In this document: positions 48,415 through 61,464 of the stretch, in pieces
Numbering within the stretch: the stretch's first letter is position 1
Layout of the letters: every line of letters begins with the position of its first letter
Source of the DNA: Macrostomum hystrix
Taxonomy: Eukaryota > Animalia > Platyhelminthes
DNA: 64,000 nucleotides
Reading direction: 5' to 3'
Assembly (NCBI GenBank): GCA_950097015.1
Contig: CATNEN010000038.1
Location: forward strand, 17,174,001 to 17,238,000
Made by a program: the position numbers and the translations under genes
The notes under the pieces: generated by a model
What the model was told of the DNA's origin: nothing
The model's database searches: none
What the model saw: only the letters and a program-made list of their open reading frames with translations

Positions 48415-49200
48415 TTGATTCCCTGCTCTGCACCCTTCATTCCCTGCTCTGTACCCTTCATTCCCTGCTCTAAACCCTTCATTCCCTGCTCTACACCATT
48501 CATTCCCTGCTCTAAACCCTTCATTCCCTGCTCTACACCATTCATTCCCTGCTCTGTACCATTCATTCCCTGCTCTACACCATTCATTCCCTGCTCTGTA
48601 CCATTCATTCCCTGCTCTACACCATTCATTCCCTACTCTACACCCTTCATTCCCTGCTCTGTACCCTTCATTCCCTGCTATAAACCCTTATTACCTGCTC
48701 TGTACCCTTCATTCCCTGCTCTAAACCCTTATTACCTGCTCTGTACCCTTCATTCCCTGCTATAAACCCTTATTACCTGCTCTGTACCCTTCATTCCCTG
48801 CTATAAACCCTTATTGCCTGCTCTGTACCCTTCATTCCCTGCTATAAACCCTTATTGCCTGCTCTGTACCCTTCATTCCCTGCTCTAAACCCTTCATTCC
48901 CTGCTCTACACCATTCATTCCCTGCTCTGTACCCTTCATTCCCTGCTCTGTACCCTTCATTCCCTGCTCTAAACCCTTCATTCCCTGCTCTGTACCCTTC
49001 ATTCCCTGCTCTAAACCCTTCATTCCCTGCTCTACACCATTCATTCCCTGCTCTGTACCCTTCATTCCCTGCTCTGTACCCTTCATTCCCTGCTCTGTAC
49101 CCTTCATTCCCTGCTCTGTACCCTTCATTCCCTGCTCTGTACCCTTCATTCCCTGCTCTGTACCCTTCATTCCCTGCTCTACACCATTCATTCCCTGCTC
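48415..49200. repeat. 21-bp minisatellite (CCCTTCATTCCCTGCTCTGTA) 3' of TRAPPC3
   Basis: Read directly. Confidence 0.96.
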
Positions 49201-50033
49201 TTCAACCTTTAATGCTGACACTACAACCCTTACATTAAGACTAGTTCCGTACGTTATGACTAGTTATAAGTTAATTCCCATATTTTTATTTACGAATCAG
49301 TCTTTGTCGTATTTTTAGTCTTAAAATTCATTTTACTTTATTTTGTTTAAGCTTTTCGCTTCTGTAATAAAAATGTGCATAATATGATATTAAAATTGTA
49401 TTTCCTTGGCTGTATGAATGTGAATTACTAATGATAAAGCAAGGATTGGGAATGATTTGAAACGACTAACTTTTATCTTTTTTGCCACTAAATGTTAATT
49501 ATTCTAAATCGATTTTAACATCTTAACATTATAGAGAGACTGTAATATGACTACATTGTTTATGCATAGTACTCGTAGTATTCTGTTTTGGCACACAATT
49601 AGATTTGCATGCCCATTTGAACTAACGCGATAATCTATCTAATCGATAATTTTTCCACTTTTTACGAGTTTCGCTATATTTCTTTGTCCTAATACCGGAA
49701 GTTAACTATTAATGTATATTAGAGATAATTAACTATATATTATAGCTGTTTTGAGTTACCAATAGGTACAAATGTGTAATTACGGCACTAAAAATAGGTG
49801 TCTGTGCTTTAAAATACAAAATGTAATAAATATGTTTCGCGTTTTTTAATACCTGTTTGCTCTTAAGTTTATTATTTTTTCGTTTTCAATCTTAGTAAAC
49901 TACTAGTGAACTTGCGCACGTTAAAAATGAAGGATATAAATATTAAACTCTCATTTCAGAAAGCGACTCTCAATTAATCGGACTGATTTATAAATCACAA
50001 ACTTATTATTAAATTAGCCACGCAATAAATAAC

Positions 50034-51878
50034 ATGCTGCGTCAGATCACCTGTTTGGCGCTACTGTTTCCGCTAATTCTACTAGAAGCCGGTGTTGCCA
50101 ATGCCAGCTCTGTAGATTATCGATTTGGCCCTGGCATTGCCTACCTACGGGTCGGCTCGTCGTCTGGCTCAGCCTATGAGAACTATTGCGCCTACACCGA
50201 CCCTAGGACGGCTTACAATCTTAGCAGCAGCTACAATGCAGCTGATAGCAAGCCGATAATTGACGCCTATCCGAATGACGGCTGCACCAAAACCAACTCC
50301 AGCTACAAGGATAGCGTAGTGATTTTTGCTAGAGGTCGTTGTAACTACGTCGATAAATCGATCAATGCCTTCGAACAGGGCGCTGTCGGATTAATTGTGG
50401 TTTCGTCGGAGAGTTACGAATCTTACTTGGCGGCGGTATCACCGAAACTTCCAAAGACATTCCAAACTATGTTGGTCTCGAAGGTGGCATATCAGTCATT
50501 TAAATCGCAGTTTACATCTACTCCGGGTGCCAGGGCCACCCTTTATCGTCCGAACGACGATGGTAACAAGTCTAAGCAGTACATGTTTCTTTTCTTGTAT
50601 GCCATCGCCTTGGTAACGATGGTAATGTCGTGCGTAGCAGCCGCAACAGCTCTCAAAGAACTCTTACTGACTAGAGCCACGCTGTCTTCAAATAGCAGTT
50701 ATAATTCGGAGCATGATCCGGAAACTGCATCCATGTCCTGGTGGCAGACAGCGATTTATATCCTAATTCTGATTGCCATTCCCGTCACTATATTGCTTCT
50801 GCTGAACTTTGCTTACGACTACTTTGTGTGGGTAATGCTAGTTCTATATGGCTATTCGGTGGCTAGCAGTCTTGTGTACTATGCTAACAGGATCTACCTA
50901 TCCTACGTCGAAGCCAAACGACAAACCGGACCGAGGCCTTGGTTGGCAACCACTGTGGAGTGGAATCTGGGCAAATGCTGCGGCAAGATCTCCTTCACTT
51001 ATTTTGAATTTTTCGCCTACCCTGTAGGCCTGGCTGTTGCCATTTTTTGGTTCGTTTACCGCAACTCTCACTGGGCCTTCATCCTGACCAACATGCTGAA
51101 TGTTGTACTAGTGATGCGCGTCATTGAGTCACTTGTCTTGGCTCTGCGCATCAAACTTGTCACTATTCTTCTTATTTGCTTCCTAGTGTATGACGTCTTC
51201 TTTGTGTTCATCACTCCCCTGTTCTCTGGCAGCAGTCCGACTCCGACTGACTCGTCGCCAACGCCTACTCCTACGATTAGTCGAGTCAAGCGCGACACAG
51301 TTATGGACTATTATATTGAGCGAGGCGGCTCCATCATGGAGCGAGTAGCTCTGGGTACTGCTGGCCTCTCTGGTGAAATTATCCCCATTGTGTTCAAGGT
51401 CATGCCTTATCCGCCATTAGAATCCATCAGCACCTGCGTGCTACCTTACTCTATTCTTGGCCTTGGCGATGTCATCCTGCCAGCTATTCTTATCGGGTTG
51501 AATTTGTTCTTCGACCTAGCCTGGTCCAATCGTTGTTGGCCTTACTTTATGTCGTCTATGATTGGCTACATAGCTGGACTAGGCGCCTGCGCCGGTGTTC
51601 TATTCGCCACTGGCAAAGGCCAGCCGGCATTGCTCTACATTGTGCCACTGATCCTCATCGCATCGTATTTGTGCTCCGCTATTAAACACGAACTAAAGGT
51701 ATACTTTAATACGGCACTGCCGGATGAGTATCAGGTGTGCAATCGATTGGAAATCGCTTCGGATAATAATCACGAACCGGAACAAAGCGTTGACATTCGG
51801 CCGTTCGAAAGTGGAATCGCTGGAGAACAGGCTGACTCTAATGAGACTCACATGAAGACGCCATTCGCTTCTAATTGA
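50034..51878 (+). CDS. SPPL2: Signal peptide peptidase-like 2 (GxGD aspartyl protease with PA domain), intronless
   Basis: Signal peptide, PA domain (RGRCNYVDKSINA), catalytic YDVFFVF and LGLGD, QPALLY motif. Confidence 0.93.
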   Translation: MLRQITCLALLFPLILLEAGVANASSVDYRFGPGIAYLRVGSSSGSAYENYCAYTDPRTAYNLSSSYNAADSKPIIDAYPNDGCTKTNSSYKDSVVIFARGRCNYVDKSINAFEQGAVGLIVVSSESYESYLAAVSPKLPKTFQTMLVSKVAYQSFKSQFTSTPGARATLYRPNDDGNKSKQYMFLFLYAIALVTMVMSCVAAATALKELLLTRATLSSNSSYNSEHDPETASMSWWQTAIYILILIAIPVTILLLLNFAYDYFVWVMLVLYGYSVASSLVYYANRIYLSYVEAKRQTGPRPWLATTVEWNLGKCCGKISFTYFEFFAYPVGLAVAIFWFVYRNSHWAFILTNMLNVVLVMRVIESLVLALRIKLVTILLICFLVYDVFFVFITPLFSGSSPTPTDSSPTPTPTISRVKRDTVMDYYIERGGSIMERVALGTAGLSGEIIPIVFKVMPYPPLESISTCVLPYSILGLGDVILPAILIGLNLFFDLAWSNRCWPYFMSSMIGYIAGLGACAGVLFATGKGQPALLYIVPLILIASYLCSAIKHELKVYFNTALPDEYQVCNRLEIASDNNHEPEQSVDIRPFESGIAGEQADSNETHMKTPFASN

Positions 51879-52290
51879 AAAAGCAGACTGTTCAATGGTC
51901 ATACCGAAATTCCGAATCGCTGCACACATTGTTGCACAATGGCCTAACTATTCGGTCATCGATTGCTTTGATATAAACTTTTAATTTCACCATGCCGCTA
52001 AAAATCTTTATCTCATCGTCTTGCTTAAGATTTCACGGTTACTTTCAAAGTAGCTACTTATTTCTCATGCGTACTTTTTGTGTATATTGACTGCATGCTT
52101 CTTATTTAGTTTGCAACACGATTGTGAATGAAAAAAAAATTTACATTTTCAAAATCTTTTTTATACCCTAAAGTTATATTGTATACGATTTACTAAATAC
52201 TAAAACAGACTAAAATCAAAACAAATATTAACGAGTTACTTTGCTATGCTACGAACAGCAAGTTAATAATAATTATTATAATGATTGATT

Positions 52291-52602
52291 GCACCTGCCC
52301 CAATTGGGCCAGATGTGCAGCCAACAGCACAGCCGCAGCCATTGCGCGGCGCATCTAAAGGCTGCGTACCGCTGTTCAGTCCATGGACTTATTAGGCCGT
52401 TCTATTATGTGGGGGGACGCCACACCCACCCTCAATCCCACCCAGCTAATGCTGGTACCCAATTAGCAGCTGGGTGAACTGAAGCAATGCAGAATCTTTA
52501 GTTAAGTGCCTTGCTAAAGTACACAAATCGTTCCAGTGTGTCAGGAATCGAACCCCCGACCTTTCATTCGTGAGTCCGATGCTCTAATAACAGGCTACAA
52601 CA
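52291..52602 (-). mobile_element. SINE family A
   Basis: Near full-length copy with AT-rich tail. Confidence 0.85.
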
Positions 52603-53327
52603 TCCTCGAACTCAAGTGCAGTTTCAAAGAAATAATCTTCTGCTTTTCGCTTACATTAGTATTTCCTTCTACTTGTTTAGTATTAAGTTTTTTATGCATT
52701 GAGCTTCCCTTAACTACAAACTATGGGTGTTTTAAGAGTTTCAAATAAAATATATATTAGAGTTTGCGTGTCTCATGATTGCTCATTTTATTTATTTGTT
52801 GCTTCTTTTTTATTTATCTTACTCGGTAAAATGTTCATATTGTCAGATTAAGCAAATAAAATGTTTTTTTTAACTTAAAGCTAACACAATACTACTAATA
52901 ACAACACATGTGCTATTAGAGAACGTACGAGTTATTTTTTAAAATTCCGCATATTTTTATTAACCCTGGTTTCATGGTTTATTTCATGAACTATTCTTGC
53001 GTTTAGAATTGTCGCTATTTTATTTTTTACTTTTGAAAATATCCTAAAATTGAGCTATTTGGAATAGGGACTTAGCTTAGATAGTTTTTCAGAATCTTTT
53101 TAATCAGAAGCTTATTAATAAGGCTGGTTGATTGATTTAGAAACCTTTAATCTGCTATGTCAATATTATTTTGTGCCATGTTTTTAATACGAATATCGTA
53201 TGGATTTTCTTGAAAAAAACTTGAAAAAAGTTTTCAAAATAGATGTATACTTTGCGTTCCGGTCAATTTCACAATTTTACTCGTGTTTATTTATTTCGCT
53301 TTAAGTACTTTTGGGCAGGCTTCTCCG

Positions 53328-55542
53328 ATGACAGATAATTTCTTTAGGGTACGAGCAAGTTGATTTTTGACAGTCATCCTGGACATAGTGATTCCCACTG
53401 AGCACTTATTCTCACCATTCTGATTCAAATTGAGCAATTGTTCTTACCAATATGATTCCAAATAGGCAGTTATTCACATCTTTAGTGATTCCCTTTTAAG
53501 CAGTTATTTTCACAACGATTCGCACAGCCCCTTAGACCGTGACGCATTTATTTTCAAACTATCCGCTAGAGTGTATGCTCAAGCTCTGTAAAAGTACATT
53601 TCTTCTACTATTCATCTGCAGGAGTCTTTCTGTCTCACCGCGGCCCAGCGAACTCGCCGGGTGCTGCACTGGGGCCCACTCATTGCACTATTCATCATAT
53701 TCTACGTTGCCATCTACACTAGTCGGCTAATTCTAATTTGGTGGCCACCTTTGCAATCTCTGAGCAATCTGGCGCATTTGGCTATTTATGCCCTCGAATA
53801 TTACCTGGTCATGTCCACCTATCTGAAGGCCATGTTCTGGGGTCCCGGCTTTGTACCGTTGGGTTGGCGACCGAATGATTTAACGGAAGAGCAGCTGAAG
53901 TCTCTTCTACAATGGTGCTCCGTTTGTAAAGGCTACAAAGCACCCAGGTAAGATATCGTCTGACTGGTTATAAAATCTGAGTTTGCCTTTTTCGTAACAT
54001 ATCGCTATTTATTATTTGACAAAAAAAAATTGCCAGGTCGCACCACTGTCGCAAATGCGGTCGCTGCGTTACCAAGATGGACCATCACTGTCCGTGGATT
54101 AACGCCTGCGTTGGCCATCAAAATCACGCCCAATTCACTTATTTCCTATTCTTTGCTCCTCTCGGCTGTCTGCACTCCTGCTTAGTGATGTGCTACTGCG
54201 TCTATTACACACTGTTCTATCCATTCTATCAGGAGATCGACTGGGAAACTGACGACTATCCCATAATGACCCTGTGGGAGGTACTAATGGCCTTCTTCGG
54301 CCTAGGCCTAGCCCTAGGCACCACAATAGCTGTTGGTGCATTGTTTGTAGTACAAATCAAATCCATCGCGCGAAATAGAACGGGCATAGAATTGTGGATC
54401 TGCGATAAGGCCGATTATAGAATGGAGTGCAGACACGACGCTCAGACTGCTCACCTGTCCATCGACGAGGCTGGACCGCCACCAAAGTTTAATTATCCCT
54501 ACGATCTAGGTAGGATTAATAACTTTAGTCAGGTGAGACAACTTCTAGTTATGCTCATACTTGGTCGGGGTCATGATCACAATATTGTAACGTCCTTTCT
54601 CCGAATTCTCTGAGAAAGTCTTAAATCCTCAGAGTAGATAGTTATTCTCCCATATCCTCAATCCCAGATCGTCAGAATAGTCAGTTATTCTCCCATATCC
54701 TCAATCCCAGATCGTCAGAGTAGACAGTTATTCTCAAATATCCTCAATCCCAGATCCTCAGAGTAGACAGTTATTCTCAAATATCCTCAATCCCAGATCC
54801 TCAGAGTAGTCAGCTATTCTCAAATATCCTCAATCCCAGATCCTCAGAGTAGACAGTTATTCTCCCATTTCCTCAACCCCAGATCGTCAGAGTAGACAGT
54901 TATTCTCAAATATCCTCAATCCCAGATCCTCAGAGTAGTCAGTTATTCTCCCAGATCCCCATAGAAGACAATTTTCCTCCCAGGTACACAAAGTAGCCTC
55001 AGACTGTTAACCTCAGTTTATCTTCCCAAATCCTCACGAGAAACAATTAAGACATCCACCGCTGCTTGTAGGTGATGAGGTGGTACGGTAAACCTGTTGG
55101 CAACGGCCTAGACGACTGGGCATTGGCTCCCGGGTGCGGCAAGTATGACCTCACCAGAGAGCAGGTGCTACAGAAGGCTCACAAGGCCAGTACGGCGGTA
55201 TTAGTTCTAGCTATCCGCAGCTACTCGGGCTCCAGGCTGCCGTTGAGTTTCGGCCTGCGGACAGCCTGCTGCCAGCCGTGCTCCACCTGTATCGAAGACC
55301 GTCGCCTGTCGGTGAAGCCAGGCCAGAAGCTGATTGTCACCAGGGCCAATGGCCAGTGGTTCTATGGCCAATTGTTGTCGATGTCGGATCAGGGCATCGA
55401 CAGTTTGTCGGCCGCTAACGATCCTCTGGCTCCTAGGGGCTGGTTTCCAAGGAAATGCGTCATGGAGCAATGGAGCGAATCCGGGCGTCATCAGTTAACT
55501 GTGAATGGTGACGGCACAGTTGAGAGGAAAAAGATGCAGTAG
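53328..55542 (+). CDS. ZDHHC6: Palmitoyltransferase ZDHHC6 (DHHC plus C-terminal SH3-like domain), 4 exons, about 437 aa
   Basis: Exons 53328-53348 (tentative), 53622-53947, 54037-54532, 55072-55542. Motifs [43 protein letters not shown] and SH3 RGWFPRKC. Confidence 0.93.
54625..54960. repeat. 43-bp minisatellite, ZDHHC6 intron 3
   Basis: CCTCAGAGTAGACAGTTATTCTCAAATATCCTCAATCCCAGAT. Confidence 0.93.
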
Positions 55543-56539
55543 TTGGAATGAAGTTCTCGCCTAACTGAATGACGCGTCATCTTAATATCGTTCAGTTTAT
55601 TCTTATTGTTTACCTAAAAGCAATGTTGGTATTTCTTAAAACAAACAGCTATAGTTTGTTTTGCCTAGACTTCAACGTGTCCATAGCAACCTGCTTGTCC
55701 GTATGGAATGCCAAATTTTTGTTTTATTACTTAAAAGCGGCCAGTAGCTCAACCTTCATTAGTTGCAGATCTTATATTGTTGCGGTCGCTTTACTTATCG
55801 AATTGCGTTAGTAAGATTAATTATTGATTAATTTGGAATTATTTCCATTACATTTGAATCTAGCATGTTTTTCACCTATGCTTGATTGTTTTTATTTGCT
55901 AAAAGGTATGCAATAATCCTGGTCCTTTTATTTATTAACTTCAATAAGCACTTTAATTTAATTACTTAATCACTTGCTACAATATCCACCTGTTAGACAA
56001 AAATCACCTGTTAAAAATATCCGCCTGTTAAACAATAATAAACTGTTGAAATATCCACCTGTTAAACAGTTAGTTAGACTGTTAGACAGTTAATCACCTG
56101 TTAGAAATATCAACCTGTTAGTCTTGTTGACAAGTATATTGAGGTTAACAGTAATCTAAAACAATATTCTAATAGTTTTTGTGTGCCTTTATAACTTAAC
56201 TTAAGAGAACAAAAAGCCTTTTATATACATACATATTATGCTTTACATTCTGCGTGTCGCTACTTTAAGTAGTGTCATTTGTTTAATAACCTTAATAGCA
56301 CATTCTAATTATCTTATGAGAGCTAATAATACGGTCTATGGTAATTTTATAGAGAAGAGTGTTAATACGTAAATGCCCGATTGAGTGCAACTTCCATATC
56401 TTGAAATAATATTGTGACATGTCACTCGTTTCATTGTGTTTTATAAGTTAACTGCTAGAACTTGTTAACGACTTTTTTATTTGCTTTTGCAAAGTATTAA
56501 AAGCTTTTGGAATAGAAGACACGCAGTGTGTATCTAGTA

Positions 56540-56850
56540 TAGACACCCCACCTCTCTTTTAAGGACACCGCAACCTGTCTTTTAAGTGGACACCCAACCT
56601 GTCTTTTAAGAGGACACCCCACCTCTCTTTTATGGACACCCAACCTGTCTTTTAAGTGGACACCTAACCTGTCTTTTAAGTGGACACCCAACCTTTCTTT
56701 TAAGTGGACACCGCAACCTGTCTCCTAAGTGGACACCTAACCTGTCTTTTAAGTGGACACCCAACCTTTCTTTTAAGTGGACACCTAACCTGTCTTCTAA
56801 GTGGACACCCAAACTGTCTCTGTGTACATAAAAGCTGTCTTCGGACACCT
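56540..56850. repeat. 24-bp minisatellite (GTGGACACCCAACCTGTCTTTTAA)
   Basis: Read directly; ends about 50 bp before the acceptor at 56902. Confidence 0.92.
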
Positions 56851-56909
56851 GACCCAGTATCTGATTCCCTGACTTAGCGATCTAATCTTATTCTCATTGC
56901 AGTCAAGCC

Positions 56910-57260
56910 ATGAACCGCATGCTGAAATTGGCCAGCATTCTGGGTCGGACTCCGGCTAACCGCCGGATGTGCCATCACGGCCATCACGACAAGCACGTCG
57001 GCGTCTATCATTCTTACCAGGAGTGCGCCCAGTCCATTTCCATGAACGAGGTGGCCCGACCGACTATGAAGTACAGCGAAGGCTACGCCCATTACAATGC
57101 GAAGTACAATAAAATCCTTGGCGTTGGAGCCGTTGTGTTTGTTACTACGGCTGTCATCATGCTAACTAGCGGCTTCTTCCGCGTAGCCAAGCATCACCCG
57201 ATGAAGAACACGGAGGAGGGCCTGAAGTTCCTGGATCATCCGCACGAAGGCTATCATTGA
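56910..57260 (+). CDS. Small mitochondrial single-pass protein, prag01/Deltameth_res (COX7B-like) family
   Basis: Arg-rich presequence, His-rich linker, SMNEVARP...YNAKYNKILGVGAVVFVTT and one transmembrane helix, resembling invertebrate prag01-domain proteins. Confidence 0.65.
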   Translation: MNRMLKLASILGRTPANRRMCHHGHHDKHVGVYHSYQECAQSISMNEVARPTMKYSEGYAHYNAKYNKILGVGAVVFVTTAVIMLTSGFFRVAKHHPMKNTEEGLKFLDHPHEGYH

Positions 57261-57814
57261 AGTTCCTCGGTCAACCAATGTTAAAGGCTGGAAAAACTGC
57301 CTTTGCTAAAAAATTGGACTAGAAAAAAACAGAAATAAATTTCACACATTTTAAACTTACCATCCTACTACTAGTAGTAACCCGAATGTAGTTATTAAGC
57401 TAAATATAATAACTGTATTTAATAGTAACTGTCTAAATGCTATAGGTTACCAGTAAATCATTTTATTAGAGTACTGTAGTTGATTACTAACTAATAGGAC
57501 ACAAAATACAAACACCAGTAACGTTATTAAATTAGTCAAACAAATTAGTAAGCGAAATAATAAAGTTTCTTAAACTATTTCAACTGCATACAATAGACAG
57601 TGTGTGTCCGAGGCGAAAAACGTACATCTCGCTTTATTTGGCAGAATATGATTGTGTATCTTTGTTTTTATTTTTTTTCATTTGTGTCAAGGTTGTTTAT
57701 ATAGTCATTTTACAAGAAGTATAATTTTAGAAACATTTTAATAAGTAAAGTAATCATTGGTCGATTTCGATAATCCGTAGTATATTTAAATCATCCCGAA
57801 GTCAAATTAGAAAA

Positions 57815-58510
57815 TCCCGTGGTCGATTTAGATCTTCCTCATTCGATTTAGATAATCCCACGGTTGATTTAGATAATCCCACGGTTGATTTAGATAATCC
57901 CACGGTTGATTTAGATAATCCCACGGGTGATTTAGATAATCCCGTTGTCGATTTAGATAATCCCGATGTCGATTTAGATAATCCTCATTCGATTTAGATA
58001 ATCCCATGGTTGATTTAGATAATCCTCATTCGATGTAGATAATCCCCTTGTCGATTTAGATAATCCTCATTCGATTTAGATAATCCCGTTGTCGATTTAG
58101 ATAATCCTCATTCGATTTAGATAATCCCATGGTTGATTTAGATAATCCTCAGTCGATGTAGATAATCCCCTTGTCGATTTAGATAATCCTCATTCGATTT
58201 AGATAATCTCGTTGTCGATTTAGATAATCCTCATTCGATTTAGATAATCCTATGGTTGATTTAGATAATCCTCAGTCGATGTAGATAATCCCCTTGTCGA
58301 TTTAGATAATCTAGTAGTCGATTCAGATAATCCTCAGTCGATTTAGATAATCCTCAGTCGATTTAGATAATCCTCAGTCGATTTAGATAATCCTCAGTCG
58401 ATTTAGATAATCCTCAGTCGATTTAGATATTCCTAAGTCGATTTAGATAATCCTCAGTCGATTTAGATAATCCTCAGTCGATTTAGATAATCTAAAGTTG
58501 ATTTAGATTA
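57815..58510. repeat. 20-bp minisatellite (TCGATTTAGATAATCCTCAG)
   Basis: Read directly; ends about 25 bp before the acceptor at 58533. Confidence 0.95.
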
Positions 58511-58549
58511 AATTACTCAATAACATTGTCCAGTTCGTGCAGCGCCATC

Positions 58550-59113
58550 ATGTACAACAGCAATCCGTACTACGGCACTGCTCAACCACCTGTTCAATCA
58601 GCTGCCGAGCCGCAGCCTGGACAGCAATATTCTCAGGCAGGCGCTAATCCTGCACCAGTACGCCAACTGGAATACCGCGGCTGCTACAGTGTCCTGCCAG
58701 CTAATCAGTCTACGCGATTGGCCAATCAGAGAATTGCTGAACAGGAGGCCGCAAATTTCGCAGCCTACTCGGCCGCTAACAGACCGGCGGCATTCGCGCA
58801 ACAACTGGGAGGCGGCGCTGGCGTCGACAGAAATCCGGCGTCGCTTAGGCGAGCGTTTCTTGAACAGCGCGAGGAAGATATTAAGAGAAAGAAATTGGCC
58901 AGGCTAGAGAGAGCCACGGCTGGTATGCGCTACGGCGAGTTGGCCGGCGGTAGACTACTTTGTGAGGAGGCTGGCGGAGCTGTTGGCTCCTCTGCGATGT
59001 TGAATTCAAGGCCGACGCAGCAGCAGCAGCAGATTGATCGACGTAGTCAAATGCAACAGGCTAATGCTGCCTTTCTAGAGCGAGTTGCATCGGCTGGAAA
59101 GCCAAGTCCTTAG
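58550..59113 (+). CDS. EPSTI1-like coiled-coil protein (187 aa)
   Basis: YSVLPANQSTRLANQRIAEQEAANF...NRP...QLGG resembles vertebrate EPSTI1 YTLIAPN...QRIAEQELAN...RLGG. C-terminal NAAFLERV resembles the EPSTI1 AEFLSKL region. Confidence 0.6.
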   Translation: MYNSNPYYGTAQPPVQSAAEPQPGQQYSQAGANPAPVRQLEYRGCYSVLPANQSTRLANQRIAEQEAANFAAYSAANRPAAFAQQLGGGAGVDRNPASLRRAFLEQREEDIKRKKLARLERATAGMRYGELAGGRLLCEEAGGAVGSSAMLNSRPTQQQQQIDRRSQMQQANAAFLERVASAGKPSP

Positions 59114-59167
59114 TAATTTGAATATGACGAAATATATATTTTTATTTTAAGCTATGCTTGCAACTTA

Positions 59168-59750
59168 ATAGAGAATCCCCAACTGGGATTCCACAACTTG
59201 GATTCCCCAAATATGCATTCCTTAACGGAATTCCCCGACCTAGATTTTCCTATACAGTATTTTTAGCGGCGATTTCCAACTTTTATTCCCCAATTACGAT
59301 TTCCTAACTGGAATTTGGAAACTTAGATTTCCTCATAGAGATTTCCCAACTGGAATTCCTAGGCTTGGATTTATTTATAGAGATTTTTCAACTGGGATTC
59401 CCCAACTAGGATTTCCTAGTAGAGAATCCCCAACTGGGATTTCACAACTTGGATTCCCCAAATATGCATTCCTTAACGGAATTCCCCGACATAGATTTTC
59501 CTATACAGTATTTTAGCGGGGATTTCCAACTTTTATTCCCCAATTTCGATTTCCTAACTGGAATTTGGAAACTTAGATTTCCTCATAGAGATTTCCCAAC
59601 CGGAATTCCTAGGCTTGGATTTATTTATAGAGATTTTTCAACTGGGATTCCCCAACTAGGATTTCCTAATAGAGAATCCCCAACTGGGATTTCACAACTT
59701 GGATTCCCCAAATATGCATTCCTTAACGGAATTCCCCGACATAGATTTTA
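59168..59750. repeat. About 2.3 copies of a 250-bp unit built of degenerate GATTTCCCAACTGG subrepeats
   Basis: AGAGAATCCCC recurs at 59170, 59421 and 59671. Confidence 0.9.
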
Positions 59751-60599
59751 TTTTTGCTACGGTTTCTTAGCAAGGATTTTCCAAAAAAGTTTTGTTTATT
59801 TCAACGATTTGTCAATTTGGGATTTATCTGTTCTTCGCTTGTAGGTTTGTTTTGTGATTTCCCTGTTTGAAATAAAGACTCATTCGCCGTTATTTTTTCC
59901 TCTTGTTTAAAGCCCCTTGAAACGTTTTTTCAACTAATTTCTTTTTAGCTGCAGTTATCAAATTCTTTATTTCCGTTATTCCCCCCCCCCTAATTATTTC
60001 GCATAAAAGTTCAGTCGTCAACAATGATAATAATACTAAGCTTGAGCGTATTCATTGCCATTCTTACTTTAAGTTTTTAATTGTACTTTTCTTGAGTGCC
60101 AGTGCCAGAAAGCGTTCCTTGAGTGCTAGTTTATGTGTTACAGTTTTGTGTGTGTTTTTGATATTCCATATTGCATTTTTCTCGTCTTATAAAACTTCAC
60201 CGGTTTGCAATAACCGCATTAACTACTTGAAGTAAGATTTTTTTATCAGATGTATGAATATTTTTCGTAGAAAACGACAGCAAGCTGCTGAAAGAAATAT
60301 ATATTTGTCTGCTTTACTAAATCTTTTTCTATTTTTATCCAGTGTTATCCAGTGGCAGACTTATTGTTTTTTTGTATTTCTAAGTCGTGCTATTTCGAAG
60401 ATAACATCGTTATTTAACTAGAAAAGTTTATTTACAAGGCCGGTTAAGGCTGCTTAAATTTTTTTAGAAATCGCTTCACTGCCTATTTTTAATATATAAT
60501 CTTTTTTAAATTAAGATGATTCAAATACAACTCCAGTTGCGCTATATCGTTTTTGTTTCACCATTTTTAACTTGTTCTTTTTTTTAAAGCTTCTCTAGC

Positions 60600-61335
60600 C
60601 AATGAGCAAACAACAGATCCTAATCCTTTCATCCAATCAGCAAGCAACAGGCCCTGACCGTCACAGACAATCAACAAAAACAGACCCTAACCCTAACAGC
60701 CAATCAGCAAACAACAGATCCTAACCCTAACAGCTAATCAGCAAATAACAGACCCTAACTCTAACAGCCAATCAGCAAACAACAGATCCTAACCCTAACA
60801 GTCAATCAGCAAACAACAGATCCTAACTCTAACAGCCAATCAGCAAACAACAGATCCTAACCCTAACAGTCAATCAGCAAACAACAGATCCTAACTCTAA
60901 CAGCCAATCAGCAAACAACAGATCCTAACCCTAACAGCCAATCAGCAAATAACAGACACTAACTCTAACAGCCAATCAGCAAACAACAGACCCTAACCCT
61001 CATAGCCAATCAGCAAACAACAGACCCTAACCCTCCCAGCCCATCGGCAAACAACAGATCCTAACACTAACAGCCAATCAGCAAATAACAGACACTAACC
61101 CTAACAGCCAATCAGCAAACAACAGACCCTAACCCTCATAGCCAATCAGCAAACAACAGACCCTAACCCTCCCAGCCAGTCGGCAAACAACCGACTCTTG
61201 CCCTCACAGCCAATCAGCAAACAACAGACCCTAACCCTCCCAGCCAATCGGCAAACAACCGACCCTTAACCCTCACAGCCAATCGGCAAATAACCGACCC
61301 TTACCCTCACAGCCAATCAGCAAACAGCAGACCCT
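60600..61335. repeat. 34-bp minisatellite containing AGCCAATCAG and CCCTAACCCTAA
   Basis: CAGCCAATCAGCAAACAACAGACCCTAACCCTAA, about 21 units, ending about 130 bp before the CHMP1A ATG. Confidence 0.95.
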
Positions 61336-61464
61336 CTACCATTAGCCTATCAGTTTCGAAGACGAAAATACGAACTTTCATTTCAGTTCCGTTGGTCAAG
61401 AGACCCGGCCTAATAAAATTCTGTCATCAAGTCTATTAGTTTCATCGCCTAAAATTCGTTCGAA

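Noticed and set aside
60600-61335. True telomere or interstitial telomeric tract
   Set aside because: There are at most two CCCTAA hexamers per 34-bp unit, embedded in other sequence.
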